From Planctomycetota bacterium (GTDB taxonomy: Bacteria; Planctomycetota; Brocadiia; JAADGH01): DNA of 64,000 nucleotides. How positions within the stretch are numbered: position 1 is the first letter of the stretch; the number at the start of each line of letters is the position of its first letter. The notes under the pieces were generated by a model. The model was not told the origin of the DNA, searched no databases, and worked only from the letters and a program-made list of their open reading frames with translations. The DNA is taken from the NCBI GenBank assembly GCA_040755855.1, contig JBFMAD010000004.1, positions 32,001 to 96,000 on the forward strand, written 5' to 3'. This document shows positions 26,253 through 35,910 of this stretch, piece after piece. The translations under genes were made by a program, and so were the position numbers.

Positions 26253-26417
26253 AGGCCCTGGGCTGTTTCCTGTGCACATTAAGAGATAATATAAGTCATA
26301 TTAGGTCATATGTAGAGCACTTACGTCAAATATATAAAAATTGAATTTTGTGCACAATTTCACTTATCATCGGATCGGAGGGGATGTAACATTTTGTTAC
26401 ACGAGGTGGGTGCAGCG

Positions 26418-26840
26418 TCAAAGTTCGACTAACTCGATTAAAATCCCGTCCGGATCAATAGCGCACACCAGCCCCTTGCCCTTTTCCGGAACGATCGGCG
26501 GGCCGGTAAATCGCACCCCCTTTGCTGTCAAATCCCGATACAAACCTCGAACGTCCTCCACAAAGAATGTCAGCCACCGGACGCCGTTCGTGAACCCCTC
26601 CGGCCGAGGTTCGGGCGGATTCTTGATCTCCATCAGTTTGATCAGCGTCTTGCCGGCGCGCAGGCGAACCTGGCGGAAGCCCGTCGGCGCAAGGCCGACG
26701 CCCTGGGCGACGCGGTCGGGTATCTGCACATCCACATGGACTGCGAGGCCCAGAATGTCGCGATAGAACGCGAGAGAGCGCTCAAAATCGCTGCACACAA
26801 TCCCAGCGTCCACAATGTCGTGCGTCAGGCGGAGCGTCAT
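26418..26840 (-). CDS. VOC/glyoxalase family protein
   Basis: DFERSLAFYRDILGL...DPDGILIELVE. Confidence 0.88.
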   Translation of the reverse strand: MTLRLTHDIVDAGIVCSDFERSLAFYRDILGLAVHVDVQIPDRVAQGVGLAPTGFRQVRLRAGKTLIKLMEIKNPPEPRPEGFTNGVRWLTFFVEDVRGLYRDLTAKGVRFTGPPIVPEKGKGLVCAIDPDGILIELVEL

Positions 26841-26892
26841 AGCGGATTATCTCCTACTCAAGTCTTTGTGCGAAGGGAATCCTGGGCTTGCG

Positions 26893-27153
26893 TCAGGTCT
26901 TCCGGAACCTGCCGCCGCCCTCGTTCACCAAGCGGGTAAAGCCATGTTTCTTGATGTTGTCATCGCTCAGGAGCGACTTAGTGGACTTCCGCGTCGAAAT
27001 CCCCACGGCCCCTATGACGCGTCGGACGGGATTCCCGCACTTGGGGCACTTTGCCAGAGGTGCATCGGACATGCCCTGCCGGACCTCGAACCCGGTGCGG
27101 CAGTGGTCGCAAGCCTCGGCGGCGTTGACGGCAATGTACTCATACGTCGGCAT
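26893..27153 (-). CDS. FmdB-family zinc-ribbon protein
   Basis: MPTYEY...CDHC...FEVRQGMSD.PL..CPKCG. Confidence 0.85.
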   Translation of the reverse strand: MPTYEYIAVNAAEACDHCRTGFEVRQGMSDAPLAKCPKCGNPVRRVIGAVGISTRKSTKSLLSDDNIKKHGFTRLVNEGGGRFRKT

Positions 27154-27257
27154 CCGTTGGCCTCCCGCGGGTACAGCAGGTCGGGACCTTACGCTTCCCG
27201 CCACGCCCCCTTAACACAGCAACCCCGGCAGTCGGACCGGGGCCGCATCCACACCAT

Positions 27258-27286
27258 AGTATACCCCACAAGACGCAACTTGTCAA
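27258..27286 (-). promoter_or_regulatory. sigma70 promoter for the FmdB-like/VOC genes
   Basis: Minus-strand TTGACA-N17-TATACT. Confidence 0.65.
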
Positions 27287-27397
27287 ATCGCAGACGCACT
27301 GGAAAAAGCCTTGACTGTCCCCCGCCTGTCGGTTTTACTATGGGTGTCTGTTCCTGGCGTATCGGTCATGGTTTCGCGTCGCATGGATGAATTCGTC

Positions 27398-28558
27398 ATG
27401 AGGAATCAATCTGCTTTTGGTGTGGCATCCGTCATTCTATTGCTCCTCGCGGTCTGCGCCTGCGTCGCGCAGGAGGGTGAGCGCAAGCCGAGCTCCGTCG
27501 CCGCGTCCTTCGATGACGATTGGGTGGTTGTCACCGTCCAGGGACCCGCCTGCCGCCTCGATGTCCGCACAGAGAAAAAGCCGACGGCGGTCTGGCTTGA
27601 TGGCAAGCCGCTCGATGCCGGGTGGTCCTACTCCGACGAAGGCCAAATGACGACGATCCCCTTCGCCGAGGGGACCCACTCCGCCGAGATCGCCCTCCTC
27701 CCCAATCCCCAGCGTCCCGCAACCGAGGCCGACATCCCCCTCGCCAGGGCCGACGGCCAAGGGAACTGTGGACAGATCAAGGCCCACTTCGGCCCCGGGG
27801 GCATGCAGGCGTCGGGCGCGTTCACCGGCGAGGCCGGGCGGTATGACTGCACCGTTCGCTGCGCTGCGTCGAGTCGCAAGCGCCTCGACGCGATGCTGAT
27901 GGTCGAGGGCAATCCACCCGCCGCGTGGCCGCTCGACAAAGCAAAGGAAACCGAGAAGACGGTGTCCCTCATGCTCTTCCCCGAGACCAAGTTGACGCTC
28001 AACGTCGAGGGCGGTCGCATCCGGACGAACCCCGTCCTCGCCATAACGATGAAGCAGACCGCGCTCGTCACCGTCCTGCCCCACTCCCCCGCCAGGGACG
28101 TGAAGACCGAGAGCGGTATCCTTATCGAGGCGGAGAAGTTCTCCGCCCAGGGCGGCGGCGAGATCAAACTCTCCGGCGGCGGGCACAAGGGCGCGCACGG
28201 GGGCGACAACATCTACTCCTTCGGCGTGGCGCCTGGGCAGTGGGTGGAGTGGAAGGTACAGGCCCCCGCGGCCGGCAAGTACCGGCTGACCGTCGTCGGC
28301 GCGACGGAGCACGCACGGCCGATCCGCAGGCTCGAGATTGACGGCAAGGTTCCCTCCCCCGCCTGCGAGCTGATGCAGTTTGCCGGCACGGGCGGTTGGG
28401 CGCGGGACAAGGCCGACGAATGGTGGGCGTTTCGCGTCGCCGATCCATCCGGCAAGGATATGGCGCTTGATCTAAGCGAAGGGGAGCACACCGTTCGCCT
28501 GACGGTCGTCGGGGACCATCACCTGAACGTGGATTATCTCTTACTTGCACCCATGTAA
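27398..28558 (+). CDS. Secreted protein with C-terminal carbohydrate-binding module (CBM6/35-like)
   Basis: Signal peptide, IEAEKF...WVEW...G.Y.L...TGGW...GEHTVRL...NVDYL. Confidence 0.65.
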   Translation: MRNQSAFGVASVILLLLAVCACVAQEGERKPSSVAASFDDDWVVVTVQGPACRLDVRTEKKPTAVWLDGKPLDAGWSYSDEGQMTTIPFAEGTHSAEIALLPNPQRPATEADIPLARADGQGNCGQIKAHFGPGGMQASGAFTGEAGRYDCTVRCAASSRKRLDAMLMVEGNPPAAWPLDKAKETEKTVSLMLFPETKLTLNVEGGRIRTNPVLAITMKQTALVTVLPHSPARDVKTESGILIEAEKFSAQGGGEIKLSGGGHKGAHGGDNIYSFGVAPGQWVEWKVQAPAAGKYRLTVVGATEHARPIRRLEIDGKVPSPACELMQFAGTGGWARDKADEWWAFRVADPSGKDMALDLSEGEHTVRLTVVGDHHLNVDYLLLAPM

Positions 28559-28579
28559 CCATTCCTGAAAGGAACAGAC

Positions 28580-29707
28580 ATGGAGAAGCTGAAGCGGTTC
28601 GTAGCGCGTCGTTTTGAGATATTGCTCATCCTGGTCATCGTCGGCGCCATGGTCTTGGTTGACCGATACATTGACCAGAAGATCACCTTCCTGAATTTTT
28701 ACTTCATCCCCGTGCTTCTGGCGGGGTATCTGCGCGGGCAGAGGATGGCCGCGCTGACGGCGATCCTGTGCATCGCCGGCGTGGTCTTTTGCCAGGTTTA
28801 CCCGCCGAACCAATCTGAGGAATCCCTGTTAGGCTACTCCCTGGGTGCGAGGGAGTTCCTCGAGAAGGCGGAGCAACTCGATCTGCCCGTCTCAACGACA
28901 AGCCCGCTTCTGCTGCGGCAAAGGCCCATAGAAAAGACGGACGTGAAGACGAAGGTCAGAACGGTACGGATGCACCGCGAGCAAGGTGAGATGGAGACGG
29001 CGAGGATGCGGCAGGAGCTGCTCATGGAGGGCCTGCAGGTGCGCGTTTACATACACCTCGCGGCATGGGGGGCCTTTCTGTTCCTTTCCGGGGTGCTTGT
29101 GGGCGCACTCTCTGAGGAACGGGCGAAGCGCATGCGGGACCTGCACGGCGCGTATCTCGGCGCCCTCGAAATCCTGAGCAGGTATCTCCAGTCGGCGGAC
29201 AAATACATGCGGGGGCATCTCGTGCGGGTCTCGGAATCCGCGACGGCGATCGCCCAGAAGCTGGATATGTCGCCCCCCGAGGTGGAATACGTGCAGGCGG
29301 CAGCCATGCTCCACGACCTGACCGAGTTCGACGTGAGCATGGACCTGATCGAGCATGCGGCGGAGATAGTCACTCACGATACGAACATCCTGGAGTTCGA
29401 ACTGCAGCCCGAGGCCAAGACCCTTGCGCGGACGGGAATGGTCCTGAGCGGTTCCATCTCCCTCGTTGCTGCGAAGGACATCCTGAAAAAGAAGGCGGAG
29501 AAAAAGGAGGAAGGGGCGAAGCAAGACGTCCCTATCGGGGCGCAGATCGTTGCGCTCGTTGACGCCTTCGATTCCATGACCAGCGAGGATAAAAAGAAGC
29601 CGGAGGATGCCTTCGAGCAGATCAAGAAGGACATGCCGGACCTCGACGAGAAGCTGCTCGCCGCGGCGCGTGAAGCGCTGCTGGCCGCCAAGCCGTCGGC
29701 CGAATAG
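28580..29707 (+). CDS. Membrane protein with degenerate HD-GYP-like domain
   Basis: TM helices, then RGHLVRV, AAMLHDL and GAQIVALVDAFDSMTS. Confidence 0.7.
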   Translation: MEKLKRFVARRFEILLILVIVGAMVLVDRYIDQKITFLNFYFIPVLLAGYLRGQRMAALTAILCIAGVVFCQVYPPNQSEESLLGYSLGAREFLEKAEQLDLPVSTTSPLLLRQRPIEKTDVKTKVRTVRMHREQGEMETARMRQELLMEGLQVRVYIHLAAWGAFLFLSGVLVGALSEERAKRMRDLHGAYLGALEILSRYLQSADKYMRGHLVRVSESATAIAQKLDMSPPEVEYVQAAAMLHDLTEFDVSMDLIEHAAEIVTHDTNILEFELQPEAKTLARTGMVLSGSISLVAAKDILKKKAEKKEEGAKQDVPIGAQIVALVDAFDSMTSEDKKKPEDAFEQIKKDMPDLDEKLLAAAREALLAAKPSAE

Positions 29708-29749
29708 GCCGGAATAGGCGGCTGTCTCTGGACTCGATACATTCGCGGG

Positions 29750-30730
29750 GTGGCAGAGGAGATGAAAGAACCAACCGGGCCTGCGAAGGACGACATTCCT
29801 TTTGAAGCGTTTGCAGGCTTCAAGCGGATCGAAGAAGGCAACCCCATCCTCGCCTGCGCGCCGCCCGAGTGGGCGGCCGCAGCCCACGCGATCGTCGTGC
29901 ACAACACCATCCATTACCTGTGGGCCAGACGGCGTCAAGACAATTACTGGATGTTGATGCACAGCACGGCTCCCGCAAGCGACCCTGCGTCGATAGAGCA
30001 CGACCCTAGGAACCCGGTTCTACTCCCTTCGAAGGAGGGCTTCGACGATTTCACGATTGAGTATCCCTTCCCGTTCTGGAATCCCGCCGACCGCAGGTTC
30101 TATGTCTACTATCTCGGCAGGCAACAACGCCCTCCCAAGCAGACGGGCCTATTGGTCGGTGACGGAGACTTCGGCAAATGGAGGCACGTTCGCCGGACTC
30201 CCGTGATTGCCGCAGACGCCGAGCACGAGCGGCAGGGCTCGTCGCATCCCTCTGTTGCTGTCGTGGGTGACACCATCCACATCATCTACACCGGCGAGTC
30301 GGCGGGGCCGCCGGCCATCTGCCACGCAACCGCGCCGACCAACGATCCCGCGGCTGTCACGAAAGACCCCGCCAACCCCATCTTCAGGGGCACCGGCCAG
30401 ACATGGGACGGCCGCGGCGTCCGCGAGGCGGAGATATTCAAGGGGCCGAGGTATTTCCATATCTTCTACGGCGGGTCTGACGGCGAAGTCTGGCGGATCG
30501 GGCATGTCCGCACCCGCGACTTCCGCACCTTCGAGACCAATCCATACAACCCCATATTCTCGCCCTCGCCAGATCCCAACGCCTGGGACTGCGACGGCGT
30601 GCTGACGCCCCAAGTCATCGAGATCGGCGGGACCTACTACATGCTCTATGCAGGCAAGAGGGGCAAGGAATGGCAGACGGGCCCCGCCGTGACTCGCTTG
30701 CCCCACATGCCCCCAAACCAACGGACTTGA
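29750..30730 (+). CDS. Five-bladed beta-propeller glycoside hydrolase-like protein
   Basis: Repeated NP(I/V)(L/F)...(W/F)D blades, as in GH32/43/130-type folds. Confidence 0.65.
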   Translation: MAEEMKEPTGPAKDDIPFEAFAGFKRIEEGNPILACAPPEWAAAAHAIVVHNTIHYLWARRRQDNYWMLMHSTAPASDPASIEHDPRNPVLLPSKEGFDDFTIEYPFPFWNPADRRFYVYYLGRQQRPPKQTGLLVGDGDFGKWRHVRRTPVIAADAEHERQGSSHPSVAVVGDTIHIIYTGESAGPPAICHATAPTNDPAAVTKDPANPIFRGTGQTWDGRGVREAEIFKGPRYFHIFYGGSDGEVWRIGHVRTRDFRTFETNPYNPIFSPSPDPNAWDCDGVLTPQVIEIGGTYYMLYAGKRGKEWQTGPAVTRLPHMPPNQRT

Positions 30731-30819
30731 CCCCCTCCGGTTGTGTATGGTAGGATACCGCGTTAATCTATCGAACCATGATGCGGGCGGGATGGTCTTA
30801 GAAAGGCAGGGAGGGAATC

Positions 30820-32448
30820 GTGGCCGATAGCACACCAGCACAGCGCGGGACCTGGGGCAGCCGGATCGGGATCATCATGGCCGTGGCAGGGAGCGCGGTA
30901 GGCATAGGAAACTTCCTCCGCTTTCCCGTGCAGGCGGCGCGCAACGGCGGCGGGGCGTTCATGATCCCCTACTTTGTCTCCCTCCTCCTGCTGGGCATAC
31001 CGCTCATGTGGGTGGAATGGACGATAGGCCGCTATGGCGGCGGCTTTGGGCATGGCTCCGCGCCCGGCGCATTCCAAAGCCTCTGGCGAAAGAACCGTTT
31101 CATCAAGTACTTCGGCGTGATCGGCATCTTCGGGCCACTCGTCATCTTCATGTATTACTGCTACGTGGAGTCCTGGCTGCTGGGGTACAGTTTCTACGCC
31201 CTCACCGGCAAGTACGCCTCGGCCGCCAACCCGGAGGGGATGAAGGCGTTCCTCGAGGGCTATCAGGGCCTCGAGTCCAACCAGTATTTCAGCAGTATGT
31301 GGCCGGCCTATATCTTCTTTCTGATCACCTTTGCCCTGAACATGATCGTCCTCTACAGGGGTATATCGGGCGGGATCGAGAAGGTGTGCAATCTTGCCCT
31401 GCCCATGCTGGCGGTGTTGGGAATTATTATTGCTGTGCGCGTGTTGTTCCTCGGCGCGCCGGACCCCGCCAAGCCGGATTGGAGCACTATCAACGGGCTG
31501 GGATACCTCTGGAACCCTGATTTCGGCCAACTGACGAAGGCCAGCGTTTGGATGGCCGCTGCGGGACAGATCTTTTTCACGCTCAGCGTCGGCATCGGCG
31601 CCATCATTACATATGCCAGTTACCTCTCCCGCGCCGACGACGTCACTTTGTCGGGTCTGACGGCCACCAGCGCCAACGAGTTTGCGGAGGTCGTCCTGGG
31701 CGGGACAATCGCCATCCCGGCGTGTTACGCCTTCTTCGGTCCCGATGCAATCAAGGGGATCGCCGACTCCGGGGCCTTCAACCTTGGCTTCGTCACGATG
31801 CCGTTAGTGTTTGCGAAAATCCCTATGAGCGCCGTCTTCGGGGGCTGCTGGTTCATCATGCTCTTCCTGGCGGGCATCACCTCCTCCATCTCACTGGTGC
31901 AGCCGGCCATTGCTTTCCTGGAGGACGAATTTGACATCGAGCGCAAGAACGCCGTCAAGCTCTTCGCCGCCGTCTCGTTCGTCCTCTGCCAGCCGGCCAT
32001 CTTCATGCTCTCCCGCGGGGTGATGGATGACCTGGATTTCTGGGGCGGCACGGTCCTTCTTGTCATCTTCGCGACCACTGAATCCATCCTCTTTGCTTGG
32101 GTCTTCGGCATTGACAAGGCATGGGACGAAATCCACGTGGCCGCCCGCATGAGGCTGCCCGGCATCTACAAATTCATCATCAAGTATGTCACCCCGTTAT
32201 TCCTGCTGACCATCATCGGCATGTGGCTCTATCAGGATTGGTGGCCGGTGATTGTTATGAAAAACGTTAAGCCGGCAGACAAGCCCTTTGTCCTTCAGTC
32301 GCGCCTCATGCTCCTGGGTACTTTTCTCGCCCTGTGTGTGATGGTGCACATTGCCTGGCGGAAGCGGCGCCCCATTTCCGCGCAGCCGGACGTGCCCCCG
32401 CCGGTAGCCGCGGGCGAAGCTACCGATAAAAAAGGAGATTCCCAATGA
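30820..32448 (+). CDS. Sodium-dependent transporter (NSS/SNF family)
   Basis: AGSAVGIGNFLRFP, NGGGAFMIPY, AAGQIFFTLSVG and FLAGITSSIS motifs. Confidence 0.92.
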   Translation: MADSTPAQRGTWGSRIGIIMAVAGSAVGIGNFLRFPVQAARNGGGAFMIPYFVSLLLLGIPLMWVEWTIGRYGGGFGHGSAPGAFQSLWRKNRFIKYFGVIGIFGPLVIFMYYCYVESWLLGYSFYALTGKYASAANPEGMKAFLEGYQGLESNQYFSSMWPAYIFFLITFALNMIVLYRGISGGIEKVCNLALPMLAVLGIIIAVRVLFLGAPDPAKPDWSTINGLGYLWNPDFGQLTKASVWMAAAGQIFFTLSVGIGAIITYASYLSRADDVTLSGLTATSANEFAEVVLGGTIAIPACYAFFGPDAIKGIADSGAFNLGFVTMPLVFAKIPMSAVFGGCWFIMLFLAGITSSISLVQPAIAFLEDEFDIERKNAVKLFAAVSFVLCQPAIFMLSRGVMDDLDFWGGTVLLVIFATTESILFAWVFGIDKAWDEIHVAARMRLPGIYKFIIKYVTPLFLLTIIGMWLYQDWWPVIVMKNVKPADKPFVLQSRLMLLGTFLALCVMVHIAWRKRRPISAQPDVPPPVAAGEATDKKGDSQ

Positions 32449-32564
32449 CGCTGGGCGGATGGTGTTTCTTGATCTTGTCCTGGGCCTTTATCATCGCCCT
32501 CTTGGTCTTCTGCTTCGCCAAGCTCTTTGCCGAACAGCGCGACCAGGACCACGCCCTTGAGTGA
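32445..32564 (+). CDS. 39-aa single-TM protein, probable NSS transporter small subunit (MetS-like)
   Basis: Below the ORF-track cutoff. MTLGGWCFLILSWAFIIALLVFCFAKL..., with an AGGAG RBS and an ATGA overlap with the transporter stop. Confidence 0.7.
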   Translation: MTLGGWCFLILSWAFIIALLVFCFAKLFAEQRDQDHALE

Positions 32565-32680
32565 GTCGGCGCTGAGTGGGCGGCGCCAGGTGGCATGGGC
32601 AATGACATATTACGTTGACATAACCTGCCAAAAAACATGATCTGCACGTGGTTGTTGAGAATGGGAGGAGACAGGCTATC

Positions 32681-34060
32681 GTGAACGAGAGAGTCGGCAA
32701 CGAGTATATCGAATTTCCAGCCGGCGCGGACGGCGCCTTCCCCGATGACAAGGTAACCCGCCGGGAAATCGTCCTCGGCCAGGACACGACGAATACGTGC
32801 AACATCGCCATCGCCGACGTGGACGGCGACGGCCTGCAGGAGATCGCGACGCCCCTGACCATCGGCGAGGACGACTGCGTCCGGCTCTATCGCGGCGACG
32901 GGACGCTGGTCTGGGACAACACGGATGTTCGCCTCTATCATGCCTACTACAACGACCCCTCGCGCCCCACGGGCGGCATCGGCCACATGTGGCACCGGTC
33001 CAAGCACCGCCACGTCCTGACGGAGATCGCGGACCTCGACGGCGATGGGAAGGCGGAGGTGATCGTCGGCGATGGGCCGGTTTATGTCCTCGACGGAATG
33101 ACCGGTGATGTGAAATCGCTTTTCGACCTCGGTGGACGGGTTGCCCTGTGGAACGTCGTCCATGATCCGAAGCGGGGGATGAACCTCCTCGTCGCCTGCG
33201 CGGACGATCGGGAAAACGGCCCGCGGGCGGCAGCGCTTGCCCCGGATGGCGAGGAGTTGTGGAGCCTGCCGACGCCGGGGCGGGGCTTCTGCGACTGCAT
33301 GCGCCACGGCGACCTGGACCTCGACGGCCGGCCCGAGATCGGGTTCAGCGTGGAGGAGGCGAAGGAGTTCTGGATCATCGACTGCGACGGGAACGTTCGT
33401 TGGAAGAAGAATGTGCCGAAGGAGCTCGGCGACGACCCGCACATTGACGACTTCCTCATCGCCCGCATCCTCCCCGAGGACCGCGTGGACGGCAACCAGC
33501 TCCTCCTCGTCACCGGCCCGAACCTGCTGGACAAGGACGGCCACGTGATCTGGTCGCGAGAGGACCGATTCCACCACGCGCAGAAGGTGATCGCCGCGAA
33601 CCTGCATCCCGAGCGGCCGGGCAAGGAGGTCTATACGGTGGAGTCCTTCCGCCGACACGCCATTCTCCTGACGCGCGACGGCGAGACGATCTGGGACTAC
33701 GACAACTTCACCCGCGCACGCGAGGGGTACGAGTACGAGGACCCGATCCTGGGCCGCGCCATCGGGCGACTGACCACCGCCGGCGACCTGATCAACTGGA
33801 GTGGGAACGGCAAGGTCGAGATTTGTCAGGCCGAGATGGGCGGCGTGGAGCGGCCCCGTCGCAAGAGCATACCGCCGGAGGCCGTCCGGCGGTTCATGCA
33901 CATCCTCGACCGTGATGGCAAACCGGTCTGCATCTTCCCCATCGACGACTCGCCCATGTGCGCGCGGGCGGCGCATGTGACGCCGTCGCCGACGGACGAC
34001 ATCGTCGTGGTCGGGCATGAGACATCGCGAATCTACATCTATTCCAGAAAAACCAAATGA
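32681..34060 (+). CDS. FG-GAP/VCBS-repeat beta-propeller protein
   Basis: Repeated D(V/L)DGDG..E(I/V) Ca-binding motifs. GTG start with a GGAGGAG RBS. Confidence 0.7.
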   Translation: MNERVGNEYIEFPAGADGAFPDDKVTRREIVLGQDTTNTCNIAIADVDGDGLQEIATPLTIGEDDCVRLYRGDGTLVWDNTDVRLYHAYYNDPSRPTGGIGHMWHRSKHRHVLTEIADLDGDGKAEVIVGDGPVYVLDGMTGDVKSLFDLGGRVALWNVVHDPKRGMNLLVACADDRENGPRAAALAPDGEELWSLPTPGRGFCDCMRHGDLDLDGRPEIGFSVEEAKEFWIIDCDGNVRWKKNVPKELGDDPHIDDFLIARILPEDRVDGNQLLLVTGPNLLDKDGHVIWSREDRFHHAQKVIAANLHPERPGKEVYTVESFRRHAILLTRDGETIWDYDNFTRAREGYEYEDPILGRAIGRLTTAGDLINWSGNGKVEICQAEMGGVERPRRKSIPPEAVRRFMHILDRDGKPVCIFPIDDSPMCARAAHVTPSPTDDIVVVGHETSRIYIYSRKTK

Positions 34061-35673
34061 AGAACTCCCATATCACGTTGGTCGCGGAAGGACAGACCGG
34101 CTATACCATTGTCGCGCCTCCCGATGCGCCGAGGCCGATTCGCTTCGCCGCCGAGGAACTTCAGAGGTACATCGGGGAGATGACGGGAGTCCGCCTGCCC
34201 ATCTCGTCACACGCTAACGGCAACGCGGCGGTCGTCATCCAGGAAAACGACGGATCGGACCCGGCGCTCAATACCCGCGGGGAGGATGCCTATGCCATGC
34301 GCACGGACGGCAACCGAATCCTTCTCACCGGCAATTCCCCGCGCGCGGCCCTCTATGCAGTCTATCACTTCCTCGAAAAATACCTCGGCTGCGGCTGGTG
34401 CGCGCCGGGCGACGATACCGCGCCGAAGCGCTCGACGATCCGCCTGCCGGAATTCAACGACGTCGTCGGCCCGCCGGCGTTCGCCATGCGCCAGATCATC
34501 CTCTTCCCCTATGGCGGCGAGCACCTGGTGATGAACAACCTGCTCCACACGGACTGGATGGCGAAAAACCGCCTCAACTGGGCCCACCCCGCGCCGAACG
34601 CGCCCCGCGTGTGGGAGCATAACCGGTCGCGTTTGATCTTCACGCCCGAGGCCGTGAAGCGCGGGCTGCGCATCGAGGTCGGCGGGCACGCCTTCAACAT
34701 CTGGGTCCCGAGCGATAGCTACGCGGCGGACCATCCCGAGTACTTCGCGCAGATCGAAGACGGCGCACGCGCGACCGATGGGTCGCACAAGGGCGGCCTA
34801 TGCCTCTCCAACCGGGACGTGGTGGACACCGTGGCCGAGAACATCACCCAATGGCTGGACGCCAACCCGGAGGTCAATGCGGTGGATTTGTGGCACAACG
34901 ACTCGCACACCTACTGCCTCTGTCCCCGGTGCACGCCGCCCGGCCTCTCGAAGCAGGAGTCGCAGGTCGCCTACACACGCGCCTACATCCGCTTCGTCAA
35001 CGAGGTGACGGAACGCGTGACCCGCAAGCGCCCGGACGTGCTCGTCAACCTTCTCGCCTATTTCCACACGATGGTCCTCCCCGACGACGCCGAGCCGTTG
35101 CACGACAACGTGCTCGTCGGCCTGTGCCTCTACCCCAGGCCGGGGCAGCGGACGATGCGGCCGATCGAGACGTCCGAGCAGCCTCGCGACGTGCTGTTCC
35201 GCGAGCAGCTTCTCCGATGGCCGACCTACGCCAAGAATTTTTATGTTTACGAGTATTACACCGTGGGCGAGCAATACAAGCTCTGGTCAATGGTCTCGAT
35301 GATCTGCGAGGACATGCGCTACTTCCGTCGGCTCGGCATTACGGGCATCTCGTCGGACCAGTGGGGACCGGGTTGGTATCCCTTGAACATGTATGCCTAC
35401 GCGAAGCTGTGCTGGAATCCCGACTTGACCCCCGAGGAGATCATTGAGGATTTCTGCCGGAGGCGCTACGGAGGCGCAGCGCAGGCGATGATGGACTACT
35501 GGAACCTGCTCGAAGAGGGACTGCGCGAGTCGTGGACGACCCAAGACCCGATTGACTGGCGGGACGGCCAGCGGCGCGACGCCGTCAGGAAGGCCCTGTC
35601 CCAGGCCGACAGCGAGCAAGTGGAAAGGCGCATCCGCAGCACGGCGGCGTTGCATCAGTTGACCGAGATTTAG
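34057..35673 (+). CDS. DUF4838-like protein with GH67-type N-terminal domain
   Basis: FAAEELQRYI..MTG, LYAVYHFLE..LGC.W, HPEYFA, LCLSN, C.CPRC and AKLCWNP motifs. Confidence 0.7.
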   Translation: MKNSHITLVAEGQTGYTIVAPPDAPRPIRFAAEELQRYIGEMTGVRLPISSHANGNAAVVIQENDGSDPALNTRGEDAYAMRTDGNRILLTGNSPRAALYAVYHFLEKYLGCGWCAPGDDTAPKRSTIRLPEFNDVVGPPAFAMRQIILFPYGGEHLVMNNLLHTDWMAKNRLNWAHPAPNAPRVWEHNRSRLIFTPEAVKRGLRIEVGGHAFNIWVPSDSYAADHPEYFAQIEDGARATDGSHKGGLCLSNRDVVDTVAENITQWLDANPEVNAVDLWHNDSHTYCLCPRCTPPGLSKQESQVAYTRAYIRFVNEVTERVTRKRPDVLVNLLAYFHTMVLPDDAEPLHDNVLVGLCLYPRPGQRTMRPIETSEQPRDVLFREQLLRWPTYAKNFYVYEYYTVGEQYKLWSMVSMICEDMRYFRRLGITGISSDQWGPGWYPLNMYAYAKLCWNPDLTPEEIIEDFCRRRYGGAAQAMMDYWNLLEEGLRESWTTQDPIDWRDGQRRDAVRKALSQADSEQVERRIRSTAALHQLTEI

Positions 35674-35871
35674 AACCTTATTCCGTAACATAATGCCAAT
35701 TTGCGTGCATGTTTCCAGAGCAAAATTCACATTGGACACATAATACCACACTTCCTGTCTTCAGGAAGTGTGGTATACGTTGAAAAGAGACTTTGCATGA
35801 GGATATAATGCCCATTGGCAAGATGGCGTCACCTTTCGCGGGAAAAGATGTGTCCAATGTGAGTTTTGCTC
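35669..35871. repeat. Dispersed ~200-bp element, copy 1 (24-bp IRs, internal hairpin, conserved flank)
   Basis: IRs at 35718-35741 and 35848-35871, and a 15-bp hairpin at 35743-35776. Homologous to 42191-42392. Confidence 0.9.
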
Positions 35872-35910
35872 CCGCCTTTGGCGGGATTGCGGGCATCGCC
35901 CGCTTTTAGG

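Noticed and set aside
26200..26405. Replication origin
   Set aside because: The region is AT-rich but has no clear cluster of TTATCCACA boxes and no dnaA/dnaN nearby. A promoter region explains it.
27154..27255. SRP RNA, 6S RNA or tRNA in the GC-rich leader of the FmdB-like gene
   Set aside because: Only generic hairpins are present, with no SRP domain IV motif or tRNA cloverleaf.
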